Source: an uncultured Desulfarculus sp.
GTDB lineage: Bacteria > Desulfobacterota > Desulfarculia > Desulfarculales > Desulfarculaceae
Assembly (NCBI GenBank): GCA_964561775.1
Contig: CAZLSD010000007.1
Span: 1-37,421, forward strand
Reading direction: 5' to 3'
Length of the DNA stretch: 37,421 nt
In this document: positions 8,723-18,566 of the stretch, piece after piece
Position numbering within the stretch: the stretch's first letter is position 1
Layout of the letters: each line of letters begins with the position of its first letter
Translations under genes and position numbers: made by a program
Notes under the pieces: model-generated
The model's input: the letters and a program-made list of their open reading frames with translations, nothing else
What the model was told of the DNA's origin: nothing
The model's database searches: none

Positions 8723-11160
8723 GCCTTGTCTCCTTCCGGCAACGAAACCGATGCCCTTATGGAAGCCACCTCATCCAGGTATCGACCCTCCACCAAGGCG
8801 CCGGGCAGGGCTACCCACCATTGAATGCAGCAGCGATCAGACCAGTTTTTGGACCAGCGCCAAGCACGGTCCAATTCATGGGCGTTGCCCATGGGCGCGA
8901 CCAGAGCCGTGGAAACCGCCAGAGGGAGAAAAGCTGCCTCGCCAGCGCCCACCTGGTCCCAGGTAAGCACCCAGCCCGGCCGTCCTTGCATTTCCGCCAG
9001 CGCTGTTGCCACCTGAAGGGCCAGGGAAACGGGAACCACGAACTGGATCACCGCCTCCTGTTCAGCCAAGTGGCGTACCCAAGCCCGGCAGCAGCTCAGG
9101 CTCCCCAGGCTTTCCACTATCCCCATCCGACATGCCGGCCAGTCCTGCCTGTGCGGAGGCCAGAGCACCTTTCCTCCACGGTGTATTGAAGTTGTTGCAG
9201 GGGGCAGCCCATCAGCCCGGCAGGGGAGACAGCGACCGCACTCGGCAATTTGCGGACGGCCTGATTCCACCTGGGCAAAGATGCTCTCCAGCCGGCATCG
9301 TTGGCGGCTCTGCCAAATATCCATAAATTCTTTTAAAGAGTTAAGGGCGCTGGCCTCTTCATTTTCGCGGTGGGCCAGTATGCGCTCCAGGGCTTGAGGA
9401 GCGCTGGAGCGGTCCCAAAGGTCCTGGCTCCCTGGGGCCGCCGCCACCTTCCAGGCTTCTCCCGCCTCCGGACTATCCAGCACCTCCAGGGCAGCGAAAC
9501 GCTGCAACTGAACCAAGAGCGACTTGTTCCAGCGAATATTCAAGCTGCCGGTGTGGAAGTTGTCCAAGTGCTCGCCCTTGGCATCCAGGGGCAGGAGGTA
9601 GGCAATACCCTCAGCCTCGGCCAGTAGCGTAGCGCCTTGCAGCAACGCGTCCCAACGGTATTTGGCGGTCTCTGCTTTCATGGTGGAGCCCAATGCCAGC
9701 TCCCTTGCCAGCTGCTTATCTTGCTGGCAAGCCAGGAGCAGAGCCATGGCTTGCCGGCCGTCCCTGCCGGCGCGGCCTATCTCCTGGTAATGGCGCGAGG
9801 CGTTCTCCGGCAAACAGGCATGAATAACCGCCCGCACGTCAGCTTTGTCCACGCCCATGCCGAAAGCGCTGGTGCCCACCACCAGGTCCAGCCCGCCGGT
9901 CCGCCAACTCTCTATGATCCGTCTGCGTTCCTGGCCCGGGGTCTGGCCGGTGAAGAGCCCCAGCCTGCGGTAGCCCCGCTCATGGCGTAGTTGCTCATAC
10001 AACCTTTTGGCGTCCTCGGCCCGGGTGGCGTAAACAATGGCGGGCCGAGGAAGAATATCCGCCATGGCCAGCACAGCGCGGTCCCGCTGGGCCTGGTCCC
10101 GGAAGAAGTGCTCGATGATGTCAAATTCGCGTCGGGGAAGGCCCTCGATTAGCTCCCGCCAGCATGCGTCTCCGCTCTGGTATTGCTGCCGGAGCAATTG
10201 CAGGGTCTCGTCGTCCACGGTGGCCGAGAGCAGGGTCACCATCAGTGCCGGATTGTGGCTGCGCAGGAGCGAGACCAAGCCGGGGATGCGCTGCAGGTCC
10301 GGGCGAAAGCTGCGGCCCCAGGTGGCCACGATATGGGCCTCGTCCACGAACAAGCCGCGAAGAAGCCCTCTGGCCGCCAAGGGACGCTGGGGGTGTTCCA
10401 GGGGCAGGGCTGTTTGGCAAAGGGTCTCCTGCATGTACCCCAACGCCATCTCGGGCGAGAGGATCAAGACCGGTATCAGGCCCTGCCGGAAATCGCGCGC
10501 GATATCATCGCGCTGGGAATGGTTCATGCCGCCCACCATGGCGCGGGCCTTGTCCAGGCCGGGCATGCTGCGCATTGACAACTCATGATCCAAAGCCAGG
10601 GCCACGGTGGGCGCCAGCACCACGCATACCGATCTGACCGCCAGGGGGTCGCGCTCTCTCCACCAGAGGGAGGCCAACTGGAAGAGTAGGCTCTTGCCCG
10701 AACCCGTGGACATACTCACCAGCAAACCAGCGCCGGGCGGCATGGATATCTGGGTCCGGACCGCCGCCTTCTGGGTGGGATTGCGATAGGAAGAGAATTG
10801 GGTCAGCCTGAGCAGCAGACCATCGGCCGTCGCAGGATCGTCATGGCGCCGAAGGCGGGGGTCAACTGGCCAAGCCGCGCGGAACTGCTCATCCAGCTCC
10901 GGGGGCAGGCCCGGAGGCAGGCCGGCTAACGCCTCCGCCAGCCAAGCGCCGTTTTGTCTGGCGATACGCAGCCCGAAGCGCTCCGCCGGGATGGACTCCA
11001 GGTCGTAGTCCTGCTCCGCCAAGGCCAGCTGGCCGCCGGCCAGGCGCAGAGCCTCCCGCAGCAGGGCCCCCCGGTCGGCGGGAGATTCCGCCTGGCCCAG
11101 GCGCAGCAAGGCTTCATCCCTGCGCGCGTCCAGCCAGACCTGGTCGGTTTGTTGGCCCAC
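8719..11160 (-). CDS. dpdF: DpdF-like RecQ-family helicase
   Basis: 813 aa; STGSGKS, DEAH, LSAT, TSAFGMGVDKADVRAVIH, YQEIGRAGRDG, and RecQ-type Cys cluster CR...CGRCLPC. Confidence 0.82.
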   Translation of the reverse strand: MGQQTDQVWLDARRDEALLRLGQAESPADRGALLREALRLAGGQLALAEQDYDLESIPAERFGLRIARQNGAWLAEALAGLPPGLPPELDEQFRAAWPVDPRLRRHDDPATADGLLLRLTQFSSYRNPTQKAAVRTQISMPPGAGLLVSMSTGSGKSLLFQLASLWWRERDPLAVRSVCVVLAPTVALALDHELSMRSMPGLDKARAMVGGMNHSQRDDIARDFRQGLIPVLILSPEMALGYMQETLCQTALPLEHPQRPLAARGLLRGLFVDEAHIVATWGRSFRPDLQRIPGLVSLLRSHNPALMVTLLSATVDDETLQLLRQQYQSGDACWRELIEGLPRREFDIIEHFFRDQAQRDRAVLAMADILPRPAIVYATRAEDAKRLYEQLRHERGYRRLGLFTGQTPGQERRRIIESWRTGGLDLVVGTSAFGMGVDKADVRAVIHACLPENASRHYQEIGRAGRDGRQAMALLLACQQDKQLARELALGSTMKAETAKYRWDALLQGATLLAEAEGIAYLLPLDAKGEHLDNFHTGSLNIRWNKSLLVQLQRFAALEVLDSPEAGEAWKVAAAPGSQDLWDRSSAPQALERILAHRENEEASALNSLKEFMDIWQSRQRCRLESIFAQVESGRPQIAECGRCLPCRADGLPPATTSIHRGGKVLWPPHRQDWPACRMGIVESLGSLSCCRAWVRHLAEQEAVIQFVVPVSLALQVATALAEMQGRPGWVLTWDQVGAGEAAFLPLAVSTALVAPMGNAHELDRAWRWSKNWSDRCCIQWWVALPGALVEGRYLDEVASIRASVSLPEGDKA

Positions 11161-11165
11161 GCCTG

Positions 11166-14108
11166 CTAGGCCAGCGTCACGATGGCCAAGGCGTCGAGCC
11201 TGGGAGACAGGCTGGCCATTTTTTTCAGCACCGCTCGCCTAATTTCCATTTCCTTTTTGGCACGCTGGCGTTCTGCCTCCTCGCCCTCCTCAAGCAGGAC
11301 CTGGTAATAGGCCAAGTCCGGCTTCCAGGCGCGCTCCAACTTCTTGCTCGCGTTCATCCCCAGGTCGTTCACCTCCTTCGACACCCGATCGACGGCTTCA
11401 CGGATAGCCAGACCCAAGCTGGGAAAAAACTCCGCGTCCTTGAGCAGCCTGGCTCTTTGGTCCGAGATATCCTCATCTCCCAATCTAAAGGAAAAGGGCT
11501 CCTCCAGGGCCTTTAGCAGCATGGGGTCATAGAGCCTTGACCAGCGACGCGTGTTCTGCTCCCACTCCAGCACAATGAGGCGGGCCTGTCTTCCCGCCAC
11601 CCCCCGCGCTCGCGCAACCATCCCCGCGGGCAGTTCCAGAGATAACTCCACGAACTCGTCCACCAACAGGGCCATGGCCAGGAATCTTCCACGGTAGCGG
11701 GGCGCCACTTTTTTGCGAAAGAAAGCGAATCTTCCCAAAAGTGAATCTTCCAGCATGGTCAGGGCGCCGTCCACCAAGCGGTGGCCAGGCTGAAGGAATT
11801 GGGCGGCTTCATGTTCGAGCGCCTTTTTTCGCTGAAGCGTCGCCCTGAAATGGCCGTCGCCCTCTACTCCGGGAATAGGGCTGTCCAGCCATTGCGCCTG
11901 GTGCTGGACCTTGAGATTGAGTCCATCACGCTCCACCTTGACCCCCAAGGCCCGTAGCCAATGAATGATCGCGGATGGCCTCTCCCCTGGGTTCTCCAGC
12001 GATTTAGCCAGTTCCATGGCCCGCAGCAGTTCGGCCTTGGAGGTGCTCAACTCCAGGCCGGAGAACTCCAGCTCTTCCTGGCGGAAGCTCTCCACCTGGG
12101 CTTTCAGGTTTTGCAGAAGCTCCTCCGCGCGGGAGCTTTGTTCCAGCAGCCCCGCCTGCAACTGCTTGACCAGACCGGGGATCATGAACTCCAGCCCGCC
12201 GATGGACTGGGTATAAACCCCGAAAACATCCCGTTGGACCCGATGCAGGATTTGTTCAGTCCTGGACGGACCCAGGAGGACCACCGAACGCACCGGTTCC
12301 TGGGCCGGGCGGCCGATTCGGTCGATGCGTCCGATGCGCTGTTCCAGGCGCATGGGCGACAGGGGAAGGTCAAGGTGCAGGACGGCCCAGGCCTCCTGAA
12401 AGTTGCGTCCCTCGCCGCCCAGTTCGTCGCAGACGAGCACGTTGACGCCCTTTGCCGGAGAGGTGAAGTCCAAGGCGGCCTCCTCCTGCTCGTCGTCGCC
12501 CATCATGTGATGGAAACAGCGGACCTTCAAGCCTCCCAGTTGTTGGAGATGGTCGGCGAACTCCTCGACCACGAAAAAGTCCTGGGTGAAAACCAGGAAT
12601 TTGCGGCTGGGATCCTGGGCCATTTCTTCCTGCAGCCATATGGCAGCCCGGCGGTGCCTGGCGGGGACCGATTGATCGGTCGTGCTCCAAACCTTGACCA
12701 GTTGCGCCGCCCGCTTCAGCCAGGTCATTTCTTCCAATTGCCCTGATTGGGCTGGGGGAGGCAGGGCCGGGCAACGCAGGGCGGCGTTGGCCAGGAGATA
12801 TTTTTCCTCGACTGGGCCGGGATCGCTTTGCCAGGAAACGGCGAAGCCAGTGTCGGCGGCGGGTGTCTTGTCCCCTTTCAGGGCCTCCTGGCGTATCTGA
12901 AGGAGTTGACCCATCAGGGAAGGCGTGGTGGCCGCCACGCGATGCAGAACCGAGATCCAGGCTTGCTGGTCGGCGGAGGCGGGAGTTGGCAGCCTGTCCA
13001 ACAAGGAGCAAAGCTCCATCTCGCCTGCCCCTGCCTCATAGATAAGCTCGGCATGCAGGATTCGCTGCGAAAAGCGCTGTTCCAGGGAGTCAAGGGTGCT
13101 GCGCCGGGTCCGTATGATGCGGTTGTCCAGACGCCATACCTCGCGCGCGTAGGCTAGGGCGCTATGCAGCTTGTCCAGCGCCGGGGCGGGCGGCAACTCC
13201 GCAGCTTTTTTGAGCAATTTGGCCACGCGCGGGTTGGCCCTGACCTTCCCGTCCAAGCGCTGGGCCATATCCTCGATGTCATCGCGCTCCACCGCGGAAA
13301 GATCGGCTTCGGCATCCTTGAGATCGGCCTCCAGGTCCACCATGCTTTCCCATATGCGGCGACGGGAAGAAACGCGGGCTTCAACGGCGGCTTCATCCTG
13401 GGGAGAGTATTCATCCGGCGCAACCAGTGAAAGCAGCGCCGCCAGGCCTCCCGCGCGCCGGCGGGAAGGGGTGGCGGACAGAACCAGCACGTGATCGGCG
13501 CGGCGGCACAGGGAGTGCACCCACCCATAGAGCGGGTGGGCTGCGTTCAAGTGATGAGCCTCGTCGACCACTACCGTCTGCCAGGCTTTTTGCGCCAAAC
13601 GGTCGCACAGCCCGGGCTTGAGACCGAGAGCCGTCATTGAGACGATCAGCCGGGAGGAATCCAGCCTGCGCCGCAATTCCTGTTCAGAGGTAGCGCTGAT
13701 ATCCACGAAGGTGAATACCCGAGAGCCGAAACGCAGGTAGAGTTCGCGCCACCATTGGCGGACCATGGACCCTGGGGCGATGACCAGCACTGGCATGCCT
13801 GGGCGCTGATGCCAGAGAGCTTGCAGGATAAGGCCCGTCTCGATGGTTTTGCCCAGGCCGACTTCGTCGGCCAGGATGAAGCGCTGCAAGCGATCGTGCA
13901 GCACCCGGCGCGCGGCATAGAGTTGATGGCCCAGGGGCCTGACGCGCGCGCCATACAGGGTGGGTAGTCCAGCGGCCTCCAGGTGCCAGCCCGCGGAAGC
14001 CTCGCGCAAGGCCTTGCGGCTGTAAAAGGCCGAGGGAGAAAGGGCTCCGGTCTGCCGGCAGTCTTCCAGGCATTGGGCCCAGCCCGGCGGAAAGCCATCC
14101 ACTTGCAC
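11166..14108 (-). CDS. dpdE: DpdE-like SNF2/RapA-family helicase
   Basis: 980 aa; RRVLHDRLQRFILADEVGLGKT, DEAH, LSATP, GGEGRNFQ, EQRIGRIDRIG; GTG start after GGAAAGGG; the next in-frame stop upstream is at 14259 with no earlier start codon. Confidence 0.82.
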   Translation of the reverse strand: MQVDGFPPGWAQCLEDCRQTGALSPSAFYSRKALREASAGWHLEAAGLPTLYGARVRPLGHQLYAARRVLHDRLQRFILADEVGLGKTIETGLILQALWHQRPGMPVLVIAPGSMVRQWWRELYLRFGSRVFTFVDISATSEQELRRRLDSSRLIVSMTALGLKPGLCDRLAQKAWQTVVVDEAHHLNAAHPLYGWVHSLCRRADHVLVLSATPSRRRAGGLAALLSLVAPDEYSPQDEAAVEARVSSRRRIWESMVDLEADLKDAEADLSAVERDDIEDMAQRLDGKVRANPRVAKLLKKAAELPPAPALDKLHSALAYAREVWRLDNRIIRTRRSTLDSLEQRFSQRILHAELIYEAGAGEMELCSLLDRLPTPASADQQAWISVLHRVAATTPSLMGQLLQIRQEALKGDKTPAADTGFAVSWQSDPGPVEEKYLLANAALRCPALPPPAQSGQLEEMTWLKRAAQLVKVWSTTDQSVPARHRRAAIWLQEEMAQDPSRKFLVFTQDFFVVEEFADHLQQLGGLKVRCFHHMMGDDEQEEAALDFTSPAKGVNVLVCDELGGEGRNFQEAWAVLHLDLPLSPMRLEQRIGRIDRIGRPAQEPVRSVVLLGPSRTEQILHRVQRDVFGVYTQSIGGLEFMIPGLVKQLQAGLLEQSSRAEELLQNLKAQVESFRQEELEFSGLELSTSKAELLRAMELAKSLENPGERPSAIIHWLRALGVKVERDGLNLKVQHQAQWLDSPIPGVEGDGHFRATLQRKKALEHEAAQFLQPGHRLVDGALTMLEDSLLGRFAFFRKKVAPRYRGRFLAMALLVDEFVELSLELPAGMVARARGVAGRQARLIVLEWEQNTRRWSRLYDPMLLKALEEPFSFRLGDEDISDQRARLLKDAEFFPSLGLAIREAVDRVSKEVNDLGMNASKKLERAWKPDLAYYQVLLEEGEEAERQRAKKEMEIRRAVLKKMASLSPRLDALAIVTLA

Positions 14109-14336
14109 GCGCGCACACCCTTTCCGCTCGCCAGTGGCGGCGGTGAAGCCATGACTTGTTCGCTTGGCAAGGGGAAGATGGTCGGCAGAGAGCGTCCCTA
14201 ACCCGGAAAGGCTGGTTGGCGAAGGCCGCCCTATGACGAAATATCGGCGACTGCCGGACTAGCTGTTCCCCCCAACACCCAAAACACGTCCAAATCTTTG
14301 ATGACTTGGGATGTTGTCCGGAGACAACGTCTAGCG

Positions 14337-14365
14337 AGCATAAAACACTCTATTGGGCTGGTCAA
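14337..14365 (-). promoter_or_regulatory. sigma70-type promoter for the dpd-like operon
   Basis: Minus strand TTGACC (14365-14360), 17-bp spacer, TATGCT (14342-14337). Confidence 0.65.
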
Positions 14366-14549
14366 GAAACTGCCAACGCCAAGAAACGCTTGCCTCGGGC
14401 ACGGTGGGTTGGTCGGGTGCGGCGTCAAACGCCGCGACAGCGCATGGAGCGTGCATAGGGACGCCGTTCCGGACGCCCAGGGAATTCGAGGCTGAAGCGC
14501 TTCAGACGAGTCCCGTACTCCACGGGAGGTTTACATGGCTTGTGGCGCC

Positions 14550-15248
14550 CTATTCTTCGTTTTGCAAGCGGTAGCCCACCCCTGGCTCTGTCCGGATGTA
14601 GCGGGGTCTGGCCGGGTCGGGCTCCAGCTTGTGGCGCAGCTGGTGCACAAAAATTCGCGGATAGTGGGCCTGCTCGGGGTTGGCCGCCCCCCAGACCGCG
14701 CGCAGCAGTTGGCCATGGGTCACCACCTTGCCCGCGTTGCGGGCCAGGTAGGCCAGCAGCTTGAACTCGATGGGGGTGAGGCGGACCTCCTGCTGGTCGC
14801 GCCACACCTGGCGCCGCTCCATGTCGATCTTCAGTCCGCTGGTTTGGAACAGAGCCTCGGCCTCCCCGGCCGGGCGGGCCGACCTGCGCAGGGCGGCCCG
14901 GATGCGCGCGTTAAGTTCCCCCACCGCGAAGGGTTTGCTCAGGTAGTCATCGGCCCCGGCGTCCAGGCCGTCTATCTTGTCCCGTTCCTTGTCGCGGGCC
15001 GAGAGCACGATGATGGGAACAGCCGACCACTGGCGCAGGCTGGCAATGACCTCCAGACCGTCGCGGTCGGGCAGGCCCAGGTCCAAGAGCACCAGGTCGG
15101 GGTTGTGTCCGGAAGCCAGGGACAGGCCCTCCCGAGCAGTGGCCGCCTCCAGCAGACGGTAGCCCGCCCCTTCCAGGGCCATGCGCAAAAAGCGGCGTAT
15201 GGGGGCTTCGTCCTCGATGATCAGGATCAGCCATTGGTTCTGGTTCAT
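14550..15248 (-). CDS. kdpE: KdpE response regulator (OmpR family)
   Basis: REC domain (IEDE, LLDLGLPDRDG, DDYLSKPF) plus wHTH ending LEPDPARPRYIRTEPGVGYR; follows kdpD. Confidence 0.95.
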   Translation of the reverse strand: MNQNQWLILIIEDEAPIRRFLRMALEGAGYRLLEAATAREGLSLASGHNPDLVLLDLGLPDRDGLEVIASLRQWSAVPIIVLSARDKERDKIDGLDAGADDYLSKPFAVGELNARIRAALRRSARPAGEAEALFQTSGLKIDMERRQVWRDQQEVRLTPIEFKLLAYLARNAGKVVTHGQLLRAVWGAANPEQAHYPRIFVHQLRHKLEPDPARPRYIRTEPGVGYRLQNEE

Positions 15249-17956
15249 GGCTCGGGCGATTCCTTGCTTGGGGAGGCGGCCTCAAGGGGCAGGGGCAGGC
15301 TGATACGGAACGAGGCTCCGCCCCCCGGGCGGTTCTCGGCCCAGATGCGTCCGCCGTGGGCCGTCACTATGGCCTTGCAGATGGCCAGGCCCATGCCGTG
15401 TCCCGGGCTGCCCCCTCCGGTCTTGCCGCGATGATACAGTTCGAAGATGGACTCCCGCTCTTCCTCGGACAGACCAGGCCCCTGGTCGGCCATTTCGATC
15501 TCCAGGGACTCGCCCGCGCTCCAGGCCCGCAGGGTGATATCGCTGCCGGCCGGAGTGTACTTGAGGGCGTTCTCCAGCAGGTTGATGAAGACTTGGCCCA
15601 TGAGCGGGGCGTCCAAGGGCAGCATGGGAAGGTCGGCGGGCATGTCCACCGTGAGCAGCCTCCCCTCCAGGGCGCGCTCCAGTTGGTTGAGAGCCGCCCC
15701 CACCACCTCTTCCAAGGGCTGCAATTCCCTTTGCAGCGCCACGGCCCCCGCTTGCAGGCGGGTGACTCTGAGCAGGTTGTTGATGAGCCGGCTTAGGCGC
15801 TCGGCCTCGTCATAAATGTTCTCGGCCAGTTCCATGATTCTTGGCCGCGGCAAATCGCCACCCAGTTCCATCACGCTGCTGGCCGAGCCCATGACGGCGG
15901 CCAAGGGGGTCTGGAAGTCGTGGGTCACCGCGCCCAGCAGGGCCGAACGCATGCGTTCGGTCTCGCCCTCCAGGCGGGCCTGCTGGGCCTGCTGCTCCAG
16001 GCGCTCCACCTCCAGGGCCATGGCCAATTGCCCTGACAGCGAGAGCAGCAGGCTGGACTGCTCCGGGCTGAAGAGGCGTCCCGTCTGGTGGGGCCGCACC
16101 TGCAACACCCCCACCGGTCCTTCCAGACCCAGCAGGGGGACGTAGAGGGCCTGGCAATAGGGCAGGTTCTCGGTGCCCCAGCCGGCGGGCTGCCCCAGGT
16201 CAAAGGCCCACTGGGCCACTCCGCGCTCCTTGCCGTCGGCCGGCGAGGAGCCCTCGGTCTGGCCGGCCGCCGGCGTCAGCCGCCCGCCCTGGTCCGGCAG
16301 CAGCCCGGTTACTTGGCTGTCGAAGAGCTGCCCCATGCGGCTGGCCGCCACCGCCAGCAGGTTCTGGGTTCCGCGCTGGCGGGCCAGCTGGGCGCTCAGG
16401 CTGTGCATGATCTCGGAGCGCCGCTGCAAGACCCTGGCGGTTTCCACCCGCTCGCTAAGATAGGCCGCCTGGGTGGTGATGACCAGGGCCACCACCAGCA
16501 TCACCGCGAAGGTGACCAGGTACTGGGTGTCGTGCACGGCGAAGGTCAGCACGGGCGGCACGAAAAAAAAGTCGAAGGCCGCCACCGACAGCACCGAGCA
16601 GGCGATGGCGGGCCCGCGCCCGAAAAACAGGGAAGCCGCGGTCACCCCCAGCAGATAGATCATTATTAGGTTGCTCAGCTCCAGCAGGTCGCTGGCCATA
16701 TGACAGAAAAGAGTGGCCAAGGCCCACACCCCCAGCGCCCCGGCCCAATTGCGCCAGTCAAGACGCTGGCGCTCGGGCGCGGCCGGAGGCCGGGCCTGCT
16801 CGGATTGAAGGTGACGCGGCCTTATGATTTGGACGTCGATCTCTCCGCTCTGGCGGATGAGGCGATCCACGAAGCTGCCCAACAGGCGCTCCCGCCAGGT
16901 GCGGCTAAGGGGCTTGCCGATGAGGATGCGGCTGACATTGCGCGCGCGGGCGAACCCCACCATCTCGCGGGCCACGTCGTGCCCGGCCAGGGTCATGGTC
17001 TCGGCCCCCAGTTGCTGGGCCAGTTGCAGATTGCGTACGGCCCGGTTGCGATCCTCGGCCGGCAGGGCGGCCAGGGCCGGGGTCTCCACGTAGACGGCGA
17101 ACCAGGGGGCTTTTAGTTCATCGGCCTGGCGTTTGGCCGCCCGCACCAGGTCGGCCGAGGAGGGGGCCGGCCCCACGCAGACCAGCAAGCGCTCGCTGGT
17201 GGGCCAGGTGGCCTGGGCGGCCTGGCCATTCCGCCAGGTCAGGACCTCGGCGTTGACCCGGCGGGCGGCGGCGCGCAGGGCCAGTTCGCGCAGGGCGGCC
17301 AGGTTGGCCGGACGGAAAAAATTCTGCGCCGCCCACTGGGCCTGGTCCGGCACATAGACCTTGCCCTCGCGCAGGCGCTGGAGCAGGTCTTCCGGAGGAA
17401 GGTCCACCAGCACGATGGCGTCGGCCCGCTCCAGAACCGAGTCGGGCACCGTCTCGCGCACCGCCACCCCGCTGATGGCGGCCACCAGATCGCTCTGGCT
17501 CTCCAGATGCTGCACGTTGAGGGTGGTGTAGACATCGACGCCGCGATCCAGCAACTCGAACACGTCTTGCCAGCGCTTGGGATGGCGGGAGCCGGAGGCG
17601 TTGCTGTGGGCCAGCTCGTCCACCAGCAGCAATGATGGCCGGCGGGACAGGGCGGCCTCCAGATCGAATTCCTCCAGCAGGCGTCCGCCGTGCTGGATGC
17701 GCCGGCGAGGCAGGGACTCCAAATCCCCCAGCAGGGCCTGGGTCTCGGGGCGGCCATGGGTCTCCACCAGCCCGGCCAGCACCCGCACCCCCTCGGCCTG
17801 GCGGGCGCGGGCCGCCTCCAGCATGGCATAGGTCTTGCCCACGCCCGGCGCGGCGCCCAGGAAGAGACGCAGGCTGCCCTGGGCGCGCCGCCGCTCCTCC
17901 CGCCGGGCCAGATCCAGCAGAGCCTCGGGGTCGGGGCGCTGTTCGCCGCCAGGCAT
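15245..17956 (-). CDS. kdpD: KdpD sensor histidine kinase
   Basis: RPDPEALL, GAAPGVGKTYAML, VDELAH, RHPKRWQDV, Usp domain, 4 TM, GAF, HDFQTPL H-box; ATG at 17956 overlaps the kdpC stop (TGATG). Confidence 0.96.
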   Translation of the reverse strand: MPGGEQRPDPEALLDLARREERRRAQGSLRLFLGAAPGVGKTYAMLEAARARQAEGVRVLAGLVETHGRPETQALLGDLESLPRRRIQHGGRLLEEFDLEAALSRRPSLLLVDELAHSNASGSRHPKRWQDVFELLDRGVDVYTTLNVQHLESQSDLVAAISGVAVRETVPDSVLERADAIVLVDLPPEDLLQRLREGKVYVPDQAQWAAQNFFRPANLAALRELALRAAARRVNAEVLTWRNGQAAQATWPTSERLLVCVGPAPSSADLVRAAKRQADELKAPWFAVYVETPALAALPAEDRNRAVRNLQLAQQLGAETMTLAGHDVAREMVGFARARNVSRILIGKPLSRTWRERLLGSFVDRLIRQSGEIDVQIIRPRHLQSEQARPPAAPERQRLDWRNWAGALGVWALATLFCHMASDLLELSNLIMIYLLGVTAASLFFGRGPAIACSVLSVAAFDFFFVPPVLTFAVHDTQYLVTFAVMLVVALVITTQAAYLSERVETARVLQRRSEIMHSLSAQLARQRGTQNLLAVAASRMGQLFDSQVTGLLPDQGGRLTPAAGQTEGSSPADGKERGVAQWAFDLGQPAGWGTENLPYCQALYVPLLGLEGPVGVLQVRPHQTGRLFSPEQSSLLLSLSGQLAMALEVERLEQQAQQARLEGETERMRSALLGAVTHDFQTPLAAVMGSASSVMELGGDLPRPRIMELAENIYDEAERLSRLINNLLRVTRLQAGAVALQRELQPLEEVVGAALNQLERALEGRLLTVDMPADLPMLPLDAPLMGQVFINLLENALKYTPAGSDITLRAWSAGESLEIEMADQGPGLSEEERESIFELYHRGKTGGGSPGHGMGLAICKAIVTAHGGRIWAENRPGGGASFRISLPLPLEAASPSKESPEP

Positions 17957-18555
17957 CAACGACCCTCACCGCCGGCCCGGCCGTCGGCCAGGGCCAGATT
18001 GAGCAGCAGCACGTTGACCCTGGGCTGTCCCAGCAGGGCCAATTGGGGGCCTTCGATATGCTTTTCCACCAAACCCCTCAGTCTGGCCGGGTCCAGTCCG
18101 CGCGCGCGGGCCACCCGCTCCACTTGATAGAAGGCGGCCTGGGGGCTTATGTGGGGGTCCAGGCCGCTGGCCGAAGCCAAGACCAGGTCCATGGGCGCCG
18201 GCCCCTGGGCGGTTGGATGGGCGGCGGTCAAAACGGCCATCCGCCGGGCAGCCGCCTCAAGCAAGGCCGGATTGCTGGGCCCCAGGTTGGAGCCCCCCGA
18301 GGCCGCGGCGTTGTAGGGGGCGGGATTGGTGGCCGAGGGGCGTCCCCAGAACCACCCGGGCCGGTCGAAGAGCTGTCCGATCAGCTCGGAGCCCACCACC
18401 GCTCCCTGGCGTTCGATCAGGCTGCCCGCGGCCTGGGTCTTGAACAAGACCTGGCCCAGACCGCTGACCACGGCCGGATAGGCCGCGCCGGTGAGCAGGG
18501 TCATGCCGAGCAGCAGCAGGGCCGCGGAACGCATCGAGTCCATCAACTCGCGCAT
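17956..18555 (-). CDS. kdpC: K+-transporting ATPase subunit C
   Basis: True start [10 protein letters not shown] at 18555 (RBS GGGAG); [45 protein letters not shown]. Confidence 0.95.
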   Translation of the reverse strand: MRELMDSMRSAALLLLGMTLLTGAAYPAVVSGLGQVLFKTQAAGSLIERQGAVVGSELIGQLFDRPGWFWGRPSATNPAPYNAAASGGSNLGPSNPALLEAAARRMAVLTAAHPTAQGPAPMDLVLASASGLDPHISPQAAFYQVERVARARGLDPARLRGLVEKHIEGPQLALLGQPRVNVLLLNLALADGRAGGEGR

Positions 18556-18566
18556 GGCAATCTCCC

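Noticed and set aside
14231-14428. 65-aa minus-strand ORF upstream of dpdE
   Set aside because: Overlaps the predicted promoter, has no RBS and no recognisable features.
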